From NCBI RefSeq assembly GCF_006345805.1, contig NC_042999.1, positions 77,066,001 through 77,130,000 on the forward strand: a stretch of DNA of 64,000 bases, in the 5' to 3' direction. This DNA is from Octopus sinensis (lineage: Eukaryota). The notes under the pieces were generated by a model, which saw nothing but the letters and a program-made list of their open reading frames with translations, had not been told where the DNA came from and did not search any database. Below, piece by piece: positions 52,069 through 64,000 of this stretch (position 1 is the stretch's first letter; each line of letters begins with the position of its first letter). Position numbers and translations under genes: made by a program.

Positions 52069-55000
52069 CAACAAAAATATATATAAAGCAGCAAAAATAT
52101 CACAAAAACTGTTACTCGGTTTCACATTCCCATTCGTCGGACAGTTTTGTTTGGAATGGAGCAAGATAAAGTTATATATGCAGAAATACAATTGCTTTGA
52201 TACACATTTGAAAAGGGTTTTGTTTCATTGGTCCTTTCAACTAATGGTCTTTTCAATAACCGGTTGCATGAAGTAACAAATTGCGGTTTGAAATCATATA
52301 TAAATCGAATAAAATCTTAATTCAAAAATAGCTTATAAAAAAGGAAAATACCTGAAACCCAGGGTAAATAGCTGTAAGATATTAGTAAATTAATAAAAGA
52401 TATATCCGTTTGAAAAAAATTTCATGCTAGATTAAATATACATTTAGCAATATATATGCATACCACACAATCTATAATATATGTGTGTACACTAAACATA
52501 CGGACACAGGTACATGGCTACATGCATATACAGACATATATAGGCATGACAAAAATATATGTATGCATGCACACACATGCACAAAATCTGGTGTGTGCTT
52601 GTACACGTTATTACAGGTGAAAGAAAGAAAAGGAAAAAATCAGAATAGGTTGTGGGGAGAAGAAAAAGAAATATCAGGTCATCCCATAAGTTCTGTCCGA
52701 ATTTCGAATATAAGGATAAAATTTTTCAAAAATATTCTATCAGTGGTATGCATATTAAAATACGTTTCAAGGTGAAAATATAAGCAATTATAAATAAGGG
52801 CAAAAGAAAAATTTTCCTATGCTGAAAAATAGACTTTAAACCTTGTAACCACATACAATATTTTACACAGCATGCTGAATCGAGGAAAGCAAGCTAACAG
52901 AAATTTCATCATCATCATGCTGCCTAGATTTTTACATATAGAATAAGTGTTGAAAAAAATATCTTGGCATCATGTGCTAATTTTAAACCTATGTCACTGT
53001 CGAAAAAAATTGACTGGACTAAAGTGAAATATTCTCTTGCTCAGAAAGAGTCCCTAGCTGTAGATCTACCTCAATGAAATTTATCTGACCCATGTACATA
53101 TAAAAAAAAAAGAGAGATATTAAAAAAGATGATGTTGATTTAAGGTAGTGTACTATCATAGGAAAATGTTACCAATATTTTAGCAATTCAAAATCATTAA
53201 TGAATTTTGCTCAATGACACATGTAAATAACTTGCTTTGCCTTTTCTTCAAAATTAGTTACATCAGTTATTTTGGTCAATATATGTAACTGAGAAGATGA
53301 TTAACATTTAGTTTTCTCATATAATGCACACACCTAATTTTTGGGTTTAGGAGTTCTGGAAAAAGTTCATATTATATACAAATGAATAACAGAAAATTTA
53401 GAAAATAAGTAACATAAGGTATTCCTTAATTGCGATAAAAGCTTGTTCATGTTAGCATGCTCTATCATTGTTAAAACAGCTGTCATTATGTCTCTTATTT
53501 TGATGTATTGAATCTCTTCAATCTGTGTTTTGTTTGTATACTCCTCTACATACCCCCCCCCCTCCGCATAAGTTTCTTAGTTGTAGAACCTGTTTTTTTT
53601 TTCCTTATTGTCAGGCAAATTTGAGAAAAGCAACAGTCTTTTCTCAAGGATGTGTATAGATAGCTCTATTTGTCTTATTTGATATTAACATATTTTGAGC
53701 AAAAGTTGTGTTTACAATATGACTCATGTGATCATTGCCTGATTCATCAGAAATGTGTTCTGGAGGTAAAGGTTGCAATAATAGTAGCCAAAGTCCATCA
53801 GTACTGTAATGTTTTGATATCACTGAGATTTTTCTCTCCTCAAGTTGAGCTCCATATTACAATTTAATTAAATATTCATCAGTTACACAATGCATCTGCA
53901 GCCTATAGGACTAAAATTGTAGCTGCACATAATATCCATTTATAGCAAAATGTACTGGGCCATTATAGGAAGTTGGGTGGTTTATATTATAAGTATATGA
54001 ATCTCTAAGGTTTATTCTTTACAAGTCAAGTAGTCAAAATCAAATGGAAATTGTAGTTAAGACACTTGTGCCGGTGACACGTAAAAAGCACTGTCCAAAC
54101 GTGGCAGATGCCAGATAAAAATCAAATGGAAATTGTAGTTAAGACACCCATGGCAGATGCCAGCGCCGCCTGACTGGCATTGGTGACATGTAAAAGCACC
54201 AACCGATCATGGCCGTTTGCCAGCCTGCTCTGTGCTGGTGGCACGTAAAAAACACCCACTACACTCACGAAGTGGTTGGCGTTAGGAAGGGCGTCCAGCT
54301 GTAGAAACACTGCCAAATCAGACTAGAGTCTGCTTCAGCCTCCATGGCTTCCCAGACCCCGGTCGAACCGTCCAACCCATGCTAGCATGGAAAACAGACG
54401 TTAAATGATGATGATGATCTGTCTGAAAATAAATTTTAATGCTGTGTGTTTTTTTTTGTTTTCTATTTAGGGCATTGTGAAGCTTGGGCAACTTGATGCT
54501 GATGCTCACCGAGGAATAGCTGGACAATATGGTATCCAAGGTTTCCCCACTGTCAAAGTGTTTGGACAGGATAAATCTAAGCCAGAAGATTATCAAGGTT
54601 TGTGTTTTTAAGAAGCATTTCTTTTATATTATTTAAACTGCAGATGTACTCTGTTCAGTTACACCTACCTCTAGTAGCATTTTTGAAATCCACCTGCCAC
54701 CAGAAACCCATCTTTCCCTCTCTAGTTCAAAACTTTCGGTCTACCAATGATGATGTTGACACAGGGACAGGTAGAGTAGGTGAAATTGACTTGGTGACAA
54801 GTAGATGTAAGCACAAGCATTTAAACTGGCCATATCTCGCCCAAATATTCTACTTGTTATATGTTCAAGCTGGCTGGATCCAACCTTTCACACCTACCAT
54901 ACAATGTCATTCTGAATATGAATAATTACATCAGTGAAATGTTGAAGACATGAGATAATGCATTACATTTGACAGATTTGAATGCTGAAAGAATTAACAG

Positions 55001-58000
55001 CTGAATCTGTACATGATTTTTAGAAATTCCAGATGTGGAGGTAAAACCTAAAAGTAAATTTATCAAAGACTAAAATTGTGTTAAGCTTGAAAGAAAAGTC
55101 TCTTGACTGAAGGCAAATCTCTTAAATCAAGTAAATGTATTCAATGTGAACTATAGATGCACAACACAAAGCATAGTGGGATGATAAGCAGTTTGATAAA
55201 AAAGGGAGACTTCATATGTGACAGATGCATAGTAGCAGTCAGTTATAAGACTACTTGTGAAATGGATTCTTTCATATGCTTGGAAACATCTCTAGAAGTA
55301 GTCAATAGTCTTTGTTACCAAAATGATGTAATCAGTAGTGGAGATGGCTCTTCTGAAAGCATAGTAATCTGAATAAGAACAGCTGGAAAAAAGGATAGAT
55401 TGTTTGATGCTTATATACAAAGTGCAATACTGCTGCATAGAAGCACTGTGGACATTCAATACAGTAGATTTGCAAAGGCTAGAAAGAAATGAGCCAGGCA
55501 CTTGCTGCTGAGTGTGTAATGTTCATGTGCTCAAAGAACTGAGAGAAAAAAAAACTCAGTATATGAGGAAACAAATGGGTACAAGAGAGAAGATTACTCT
55601 GGTACAGCATGTGATTGACATGAAAGATGTCGGCTGTATAAAGAAGTGCCAAGTGCCCCAAATTGGTGGAATCCATGGTAGAGGTAGACAAAGTAGTGAC
55701 GACTAATCTCATGAAGGAGTTGACTAAGGATCAGGGCAAGTGGTGATATGTCATGCTGGAAAAGATGCACCTATCTGCATAAACGTTGCCAAACGGATGT
55801 TAAAAATGTTGAGGATGGTGAAAAAGAGGTAAAGGAAGAGCAGTAGAAGAAAGGCTATAGGGTGCCATAGAGATGAAGGATGGGTGAGAGAGAGGTTTGA
55901 AAGAGAGGGTCTGTAGAGATGGGAGAAGAGCACACAAAGAAAATTATATCTTAAATATGTGCAAATATTGTTTTTTTATTTAGTTTAGTATATTTATATG
56001 CACAGTATTTTAGTCATGTCAGAAGGTCCAATGAAAGGTAACCTAGATGGTCATGTAAAGAGAGCCAATGTAAAAATGGCATTTGAAGTGTTATGTGACG
56101 TCATAATAAGGGGGGGGGGGCATCCCTTTAAGAACAGCAATGCATGTATCTGAGAAATAATTTAAACTACCCATAATTTTAGATTTTATTCTGTAATTAG
56201 TTGTCACATGAGTAGGCCACTTGTTTGCGTAATAGTTCATTTATAAACTTGATAATGTGCATATGATATCAGAAAATATTTATGGTTTGTCTTTGAAGGT
56301 GGTCGAACTGCAAATAGTGTTGTAGAAGCTGCCAAGAAATATGTGTCTAATATGATTTCTCAACGAACACGTGGCGGCGGCGGTGGTGGCAGTAGCAGTG
56401 GTGGCGGCGGCGGTGGTGGACATAAGGTTTGTATTTATTGTTGGTTTTGGTTTGATTTTTTTTTTTTTTTTTTTTTTTACAGTATTTAAATTTTAAATTA
56501 GAAGTAATCTATTTCTGGAACTTTCATACAGTGTTTCAAAATAAACTAAATTCTAAAATGTTTGAAATACAATCTTTTCAATTTTTTAACTGTAATTAGA
56601 AAGCAATTTTGGTATTTACTGTTTTTGTAACCAAAAACTGTCCTTGAATTTCTTGTGCTACATTCCTAACAATTTCTCTCTCTGGACCTTGCTTTAATTG
56701 CAACCAGATTTTGCAGGGTAAAAAGATATAAACAGAAAGTGAGATATCAACTGTCTCACACAGCCTCTGCCTCTGATTAAAACAAAATAAGTATTTTCAT
56801 AAGACACACAACCACATATTTATAGGAGAGAAATGAGGTTGTTAAAACATCTCTGAAAAGTACTCTCATAATGAATATTTATATAGAGATCAAATATCAA
56901 AATAATTTCTCTGAATAGACTTTAATCATTTAAGCTATTTAGATTTTGTGGTTACATGAAAATCTCATGTATAGTCTAATTATCATATTTAAAATTTATC
57001 TTTTGTGTTTTATATACTTAAAAACTAAAATGTTTCGGTCATATAGTTAAGTGTAACTTGAAGTAGCTGTTAATTAATGAAGCAAATTTATAATCATGTA
57101 AACTGCAATACATAACTAATTGTTCAGATTTCATAATTCAATGATTAAAACTGAAGCTAATTTTTTTGTTACCGGGTGCTCGATTACGTTTTTTACATAT
57201 CTTGCATTAAATGTTTGCTATTTGACTTTATATAACTATTATCCATCAAAGTGTGATTATCATTTGGTTAATGAAGCAGAAGATGTCCATTACGATTAAT
57301 TTTCATGCTTTTCCAATTGCAAATAACTGAGTGAATAGAAATGATAGCAGCTGCAAATCAAAACCAGGTTATCGACTCTGTATTCCAAAACTTTACATCT
57401 TTATGCTATCCATAATATTACTTTCCTCATATTAAAGGTTTCAATTGCTTGCAAATTCTTCATTGCATTAAGAAATATTGTTTCAAATTGAAGTTTTTTG
57501 TAAAAACAATTCAGTTTACATTGAACTGAGTTATTGTTCTCCTTAGATAAGTGTATCTAACTGAAATCTGTGTGCTCTTTATTCTTATCAATTATTCTAG
57601 TATAAATAGTATCACCTTTGTTGGAGATGTTATATTATTACAATAAACATCATAAACTATCACTTATGTCCACTCTTAACCCAAGCAGTATTTCACTGGT
57701 TACTTACATAAGTTTCACTTCATATTCAAAAGGCGGCGAGCTGGCAGAAACGCTAGCACACCGAGCAAAATGCTTAGCGGTATTTCGTCTACCGTTATGT
57801 TCTGAGTTCAAATTCCGCCGAGGTCAACTTTGTCTGTCCTTGTTTGTCCCCTCTATGTTTAGCCCCTTGTGGGTAATAAAAAGAAAAAAAAAGTTTCACT
57901 TCACATCCAAAATCTAACACACATGATCAGATCACTTACTTTAATCAATATTTTTGTCAGTTCTGTATGGCTGGGAGCAGCCTGACAATGAATAAGGAAC

Positions 58001-61000
58001 TATATGAACAGCAGAGCAAGTAATTTAATAACATTTTTGGCCTTTTATGTTCAAGCCTCAGTGGAATTTGAACTTTGCCCTCAAGATAGAGAAGTACCAT
58101 AACACAATGAAGACAGTACAATTCATTGTGAAAATTAGTTTATTTAAGTAAAAGGATATATCTTTACTTGATCTTGTATAAACAGTTTATTTATTTCTCT
58201 CATTTCAGGCAGGCAGTGCTGATGATGTTATTGAGCTTACAGATTCCAACTTTGAAGAGATGGTATTGAAGAGTGATGATATGTGGCTGGTTGAGTTCTT
58301 TGCTCCTTGGTGTGGCCATTGCAAGAATCTTGCACCTCACTGGCAAAGTGCAGCTACTGAATTGAAAGGCAAAGTTAAGTTAGGTGCTCTCGATGCTACT
58401 GTCCACACATTAACTTCTGAGAAATATGGTGTAAGTGTTTAATTTTTATATGCTCTATTCATCTTCTGTTGCAGCAAGGGATAGTCAAATGATGAACATC
58501 TGAGAAACCAGCTTTCCACACGCTAATCTATTAAAACCTTTTAACTATGAGATCATTTGTGCTTAGTATTGCTAGTTAATGGGACATTACCATTTAGTCT
58601 TTCAATGCTTATACTACAGTAAACTTTATTTCCTCATGCTACTTGTAAACAATTCAGTGTCTAGAATTGCATTGTTTTTGTCATTAAGAAACATATTTTC
58701 TCATTACTCAGCTTCTTATCAAGTAATTGACTAATTTATGTTGCTTTTGGTTTATATGAAGTGTATGTTTTTTTCAGAATATAGTGATTATGTAATTGTA
58801 TTGTGATAATGACTATAGTGCACCTGACCTAGGTACATTACTGTTACTCTAGTTTGTCAGAATTTGAACAAATCTGTCTCTAATCATAGATATGTGTTTC
58901 TTTTTCCTTTCAGATCCGTGGTTTCCCAACAATTAAGTTATTCCCAGCTGGTGTGAAAGATGGTGCTGCTCAAGAATTTGATGGTGGCCGGACATCTAGT
59001 GATATAGTTGCTTGGGCATTGGAAAAAGTAGCTGAGAATGTCCCTGCACCACCAGTCAATGAGGTAAGCTACCCTAAACAAGCTCACTTTATTTTCTAGC
59101 ATATATTGAATGATTTATGTTTGCAACTTGGAAGTAAGGAATGCATGATAAAGTATCTAACTACTAACAGCTGACAATGACTTTATCTAAAAACCTGCTG
59201 ATTTAGGCATGTTGTTTATTTGAAACATGCTGCAAGAAAATCAGTTTATAAATACTTCAAATTTGTTTTTGTCAATCAGGTTCACTGTATTGAACTTACA
59301 AACTTTATAGTTCGATTTTTTAAAAATCTTCTAAGTTTATATTTTCTTTAGTAGAAACTTGCTGTGAGGTTTAAATAACTTATTTTTCTTAATACAAGCT
59401 TTATTCAAAAAAAGACCGTTCTTTATTAAATAATTAAGAGTGGCTTGGGTATCTAATATTTTTTAATACTAATGTTATGTCTTGTCTTCAGGTAATTACT
59501 GCCAGTGTGCTCAAAGATGCTTGTGAGAAAAGCCAGCTGTGTGTAATTTCCATCTTACCAGTCATCTATGATTGCCAGTCAGATTGTAGAAACAATTTTA
59601 TTTCCATAGTGCAAAAAATGTCAGAAAAATACAAGCGAAATCTTTGGGGGTAATTTTTTTTCTTTTTTTTCTCTTTAACTTTGATATGTGTAATGTCTCT
59701 AATCTCTCTAACCTTCCTTGTTATATTAGTTTCTTTATTGCATAACATCTATGGGGAGGAAAAGACTGAGCTTGCACAAACGAAACATTCCTTTTGATCA
59801 GTGGTGCATAATTCAAAATTTCATTTCCCTGTCTTGAATTAAAATAGACTGGATTTGTTGCCTTTTATTTTCACCTATTAGTTGGAAGTTTTATGTGGTT
59901 TTACACTCTTGAGAAAATATTTTAAGTTTTGAGATTTTATATAAATGTAGCTTCTTGAGAAAATTTTGCAGTATGTTTTGTCAAAACATTATTAATTACA
60001 ATCATTGTTATAGTGTTAATGATTTAGGATGACCGACAAAATACTTTGTACTTAAAACTTCATCGCTATTTTCTGAGCTCAAATCCTGCTGGGCTTGACA
60101 TGCTTTCATTCTTCTAGAATTGATAAAATAACTATCATTCTGATATTATTGATATAATGAATTATACCCTCTCCCCAAATTCAAACGCTCTACCTCTTAA
60201 CAGGACATTTTACATATCTAAAAAAAAATGCAATAATCTCTGTGAATCTTTTCAATGTATGCTGGCGTAGAAAGCTTATACTTCAAATTAATCTTGCTTT
60301 TCTAATTATAATTTTTTACTTATTTAACATCTGAAATTTCCAGTAATTTTGAACTATATTTCTCTGCTTCACTTCTCTTAATTTTAATCCTCTTTTATTT
60401 TCTCTTTCAGATGGGTATGGGCTGAAGCTGGATCCCAACCCCAGTTAGAAGAAGCATTTGGTATTGGAGGGTTTGGCTACCCTGTGAGTAATTTGACCTA
60501 TTATTTCAACATCAACCTTTGATTAAAATCTGTTTCAAAACTCTTGTATGGAAAAATATACATTAACGCATTATACCACCAACAAATTTGTAGACTTATC
60601 AATTGCATTCAAGATGTCATCAGCCTACTTTTGATAAATGAAATCTTTGTATAAAATATAATGAATAAAATAGAGTACATGCAAGATAAACACTGCTAAG
60701 CATCAGCTGCTTGTGATGAGAGTGGAAGATAACCATGTTTAAGGAAGATCATGAATGCAGATCTGGGAATGTTTCCCTTATTCAATGAGATGATTAGTGT
60801 CAAAAAAAGTGGTCATGTGCCATGTTGATGATTTTAAACCAGCATGAAATTGATACATTAAAACAATAATTATAATTAAATATATTTCTAAATATCAATT
60901 CATTACATTTTTTTTACCAATGTCAACCATTAAACTCTCCTGAAATCTTTATGAAAATTTAACTTTTGAAAGAAATGTCTAACTTATGAAATTTATCAAA

Positions 61001-62497
61001 GAAATTTGAAGAAACCAAGATACTAATTCTAACAAGTTGATATGCCATACATTTTTAAAAATAGTTTTTTGCTAAAATGTTTGACTTTGTTTAAGCACAA
61101 TCCATTATAAAATGCTCAAAAGTCTGCTTTGAAGTGAAAGAACAGATTAGGATAATTTGTTTATAAAAAATAAAAATGTAAATATTTTAGTATAATGTTT
61201 GAAATTCAACTTACTCAGAGATAAATTGCAGCCTCTTTGTGATTATATTCTGACTTTAGCCTTTCTTCCATATAGTTTGCATATTATATGTCATAAATAC
61301 TGTTTGCAGATGCATTTAAGATGAGGGGAATGAATTTATCAGAAATGTCAGTTATCTTTAATATTGTCTTGGGTCATAGCAATGTGTTTCTATGATCTAT
61401 GTCTAGAACATTGATTAACTGGTGCATTGAAATTATTATTCCTGATTGACAATATAGATGTGTGTGTCTTCGTGCTTTGACATCGATTATTGTAAATGAT
61501 TGTCATACAAACAGTCATTCATTTCCAATACTCTGTGAGAACATGTCTGGCCATGGAGGAATATTACATTTCTTGAAATAGGTGAGGGTTGGCAACAGGA
61601 AGGGGATCTGGCTGTAGAAAATCTGCCTCAGTAAACTCCATGCAACCATGGAAAAATGAATGCTAAAATCATGATTTTATATGTATTTATGAGGCTGTAT
61701 TGAATCCTATTTATGTAATAGTTTTTATTTTTACATGTGCCCTTGTTGTAGTTATATGCTCTACATACTCAATTATTTGCCATTGTGTTTGGGTGTGTTA
61801 GTGCATGTTATCAAAATGATACAATTTGCATGTCAATTTAAAGAGTTAAGCAAAATTGTATTTGCTACAAGTTAATTTATCTAAAAGTAAAGTTATTGAG
61901 AAAACATTGTTGGGTAAAATTTATACATGATTAGAACTTTGTTTTCAGGCAATGGTTGCTTTGAACTACCGTAGTATGAAATATTCTCCACTTAAAGGAT
62001 CATTCTCAGCAACAGGGTTGAATGAATTTTTCAGGTAAGTTGAAACCAATTTATTTTGGGTGAGATGGATTTTGTTGATATAATTATACATTTTATCAGT
62101 GTGGAAATCTGAGCTTGTATGTTTTTAATTATCCAGATCAGCTAAAAAGTACATTGCTCATTTTCAGTAGAAATAAAGGAGAAATATAATAATAGTCAGT
62201 TATGGGTGGGGGTCTATTTTGTAATTTTGAAATTTATTTTGTGTTACTATGTGAACAAGTTAATGTCATGCCAAGTGTAATAAAAACTGATTTGGATATT
62301 TACACTACACTAGTTACAGTCGGACTCGTGTCTTAACTTCACATTCCTTAAGCCTTTTTCTTCTTTTTTCACCCCCCTGATGTATAATGATGTTTTACAG
62401 AGACTTGCTGTATGGAAAGTCTTCAACTGTTCCACTTCGAAATGCCAAACTACCTGAAATTTTGAATATTGATGCATGGGATGGGCAAGACAAAGAA
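42866..62497 (+). CDS. PDIA6: Protein disulfide-isomerase A6 (P5), 11 coding exons in the window, 3' end incomplete
   Basis: Exons 42866-42887, 47715-47838, 50416-50473, 54471-54597, 56299-56426, 58209-58430, 58914-59063, 59492-59649, 60411-60483, 61949-62034, 62401-62497. All introns are GT-AG with matching phases. Protein: signal peptide, two WCGHC thioredoxin domains, Gly-rich linker, [19 protein letters not shown]. Confidence 0.95.
44832..45106. mobile_element. hAT/Charlie-like MITE
   Basis: TIRs ctgtgctactcaaa / tttgagaagcactg; imperfect 8-bp TSD ccctaaat / ctctaaac. Confidence 0.7.
45795..46028 (+). mobile_element. SINE with Nin/Deu-like central domain; related copies at ~57731-57890 (+), ~49990-50120 (-), ~62836-62963 (+)
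   Basis: ctggcagaaacgttagca..gagttcaaattc..gtcgactttgcctttcatc..gataaattaagtacc, A-rich tail. Confidence 0.7.
47715..47838 (+). CDS. PDIA6: PDIA6 exon 2
   Basis: [28 protein letters not shown]; ttttag acceptor, gtatga donor. Confidence 0.9.
49028..49571. mobile_element. Fold-back Penelope-pLTR-like insertion with hammerhead motif in PDIA6 intron 2
   Basis: ~155-bp inverted arms 49028-49183 / ~49376-49525; second short inversion ~49336-49368 / ~49539-49571; flanking direct repeat atgagattt. Confidence 0.75.
49191..49235 (-). ncRNA. Minimal type-I hammerhead ribozyme motif (canonical CUGAUGA core)
   Basis: Minus strand: tgtgcg CTGATGA ca ggt caata acc a GAAA cccggg TC tgtgca. Confidence 0.6.
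50416..50473 (+). CDS. PDIA6: PDIA6 exon 3 (first CGHC)
   Basis: [19 protein letters not shown]. Confidence 0.92.
52105..52148 (-). ncRNA. Candidate degenerate hammerhead motif (CCGACGA core)
   Basis: Minus strand: aaaactgt CCGACGA atgggaatgt GAAA ccgag TA acagtttt; perfect 8-bp stem I, weak stems II and III. Confidence 0.4.
54130..54418 (+). mobile_element. SINE-like repeat with (ATG)n tail; related copies at ~50485-50606 (+), ~50725-50910 (-), ~51630-51790 (-), ~61440-61670 (+)
   Basis: Shared ggaagggc.tccagctgtagaaac..ccaacccatgc.agcatggaaaacagacgttaaatgatgatg. Confidence 0.7.
54471..54597 (+). CDS. PDIA6: PDIA6 exon 4
   Basis: [42 protein letters not shown]. Confidence 0.92.
55020..55800 (+). 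mobile_element. Highly degraded RTE-like LINE remnant in intron 4
   Basis: Similar to 39540-39900 ([18 protein letters not shown]). Confidence 0.5.
56299..56426 (+). CDS. PDIA6: PDIA6 exon 5 (Gly/Ser linker)
   Basis: [42 protein letters not shown]. Confidence 0.9.
58209..58430 (+). CDS. PDIA6: PDIA6 exon 6 (second WCGHC)
   Basis: [60 protein letters not shown]. Confidence 0.95.
58914..59063 (+). CDS. PDIA6: PDIA6 exon 7
   Basis: [42 protein letters not shown]. Confidence 0.93.
59492..59649 (+). CDS. PDIA6: PDIA6 exon 8
   Basis: [38 protein letters not shown]. Confidence 0.92.
60411..60483 (+). CDS. PDIA6: PDIA6 exon 9
   Basis: [24 protein letters not shown]. Confidence 0.93.
60795..60964 (+). 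repeat. 170-bp near-identical direct repeat, copy 1 (copy 2 at 62964-63133)
   Basis: tagtgtcaaaaa..gtggtcatgtgccatg..gaaatctttatgaaaatttaact in both places. Confidence 0.9.
61949..62034 (+). CDS. PDIA6: PDIA6 exon 10
   Basis: [28 protein letters not shown]. Confidence 0.92.
62401..62497 (+). CDS. PDIA6: PDIA6 exon 11
   Basis: [32 protein letters not shown]|gtatgt. Confidence 0.92.
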
Positions 62498-64000
62498 GTA
62501 TGTATATCATTTCTGCTTTATTCCCTTATTAAATTGTTACCTCAAGTTTGAAATATTTTTAGATGAAATGTCCTAATTTAAATGCCAAACATTAGTTGGA
62601 AAATGAAGTAGATATTTAGAAATTTATACTTTGTGTTGCATTCTCACAGCAAATAAAAAGCAAGCTATGTGTAAAATTAAAAAGATCTTGTATATAGTGC
62701 AAATAAGTTACTGCCTAGCATCACCCTACCATTAATGAGTACTATAAGTATAAGGTAATAGATAGCAGTGTGTATAACATGTATGTATACGCAAACCTCG
62801 AAGAATGTTGGCTTGCATTTGTCTATTAATTATTGAGGCAGAGAGCTGGCAGGATCATTAGCAAACTAGATCAAATGCTTAGCGGCATATGTTCTGGTTT
62901 CAAATATTGCTGAGTTTGATTTTCATCCTCTTGGGGTCAATGGAATAAGTATTGGTTGAACACTAGTGTCAAAAATAGTGGTCATGTGCCATGTTGATAA
63001 TTTTAAACCAGCATGAAATTGATACATTAAAACAATAATTATAATTAAATATATTTCTAAATATCAATTCATTACATTTTTTTTACCAATGTCAACCATT
63101 AAACTCTCCTGAAATCTTTATGAAAATTTAACTGGAAAGCAAAAGTTAATAATTAATTTAGAGATAAGACTAAAAACTGTACAAATGCATCTGCTGCTCC
63201 CTTTGTCTCCAGTACCCATGTAAGATTTTCTAATGCTGAACTGGGTAAGGTGTTTAGCATAGAATATGGAAAGTGCACAGTAATATGCTCGAGTGAGCCA
63301 TGTGGCCTTGATCAGCTGGCTGGTTCAGAAAAGTGACCATTATTGTAGTGAAATGAGATGGATGTAAAGGTATATCTGTAGGCTAAAAATTAAGATTATC
63401 TTTTCTGTTGTGGCATGTCCATTTTTTTGAGAAGTGTTGAGATTATCTGTCCCTCATTTTGAAGCAGAGATAATTTCAAATCAATCAAAAATCTGTATTA
63501 TGCTATGTATTACTGTCTGTTTTGTCCATTATGCTTACACGAATGGAGGAAAGCTTTATATTCTGCATTTGTGTGTTGAAATCACAAGCACAGTCAAAAT
63601 GTTTAACATAGTGAAACAATATCATGAAGATTTATAAAATTGTGTTTTAAATTATGCTTTGGAATTTGTATTCATTGTCTAGATGTGGTCCTTCTATAAT
63701 TTCTCTTATCCTTTGATTTAACTTGCAATGAGCATTTCTTAATACAGTCATATATTGTGAAGTATACTTAAAAACATATTTTATAAGAAAATTTTTCTCT
63801 ATATATATAGAGAGAGACAATATACAGAAATGTTTTATTTTAATTCATCTTTTATTTCCTTAAACTATAAAGCACACATCTGTCAAACATTAAAAAAAGG
63901 GAAATAATTGGGACCTAAGTGTTCATCTTGATTATATTAGAGAGTACAGATTTGATAAAATGGCAGGATTTCAAAAGAATTTTTTGAAATTCCTTGTGTT

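Noticed and set aside
63434-63637. ORF ending in HEDL*, resembling an ER-retention signal downstream of PDIA6 exon 11
   Set aside because: No convincing phase-0 acceptor and no acidic tract typical of the PDIA6 C-terminus; the true terminal exon probably lies beyond the window

Overview
Eukaryotic, AT-rich, microsatellite-dense genomic DNA. The SINE/LINE complement and (TA)n/(TG)n/(ATGT)n density suggest an octopus/cephalopod; this is inference, not a database result. There are two host genes. One is an intronless class A GPCR (+, ~4608-5687). The other is protein disulfide-isomerase A6 (PDIA6/P5, +), with 11 coding exons from 42866 to 62497 and two WCGHC sites; its last exon is probably beyond the window. 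Its promoter carries a perfect ERSE (CCAAT-N9-CCACG) and a UPRE (TGACGTGG). The ~37 kb between the genes is a transposon graveyard: Tx1-, CR1/L2-, RTE- and R4/Dong-like LINE fragments, a full-length frameshifted mariner, a Gypsy integrase remnant, tRNA-derived SINEs and several non-autonomous Helitron-like elements. The most striking unannotated signal is a set of minimal type-I hammerhead ribozyme motifs in at least five distinct repeat families, mostly inside fold-back or tandem repeats typical of Penelope-like pLTRs/retrozymes. One is a 355-bp tandem unit whose core has a compensatory U3-A8 pair instead of C3-G8, with full covariation against a diverged copy. A Tx1-like LINE has inserted into that unit with a 17-bp TSD.
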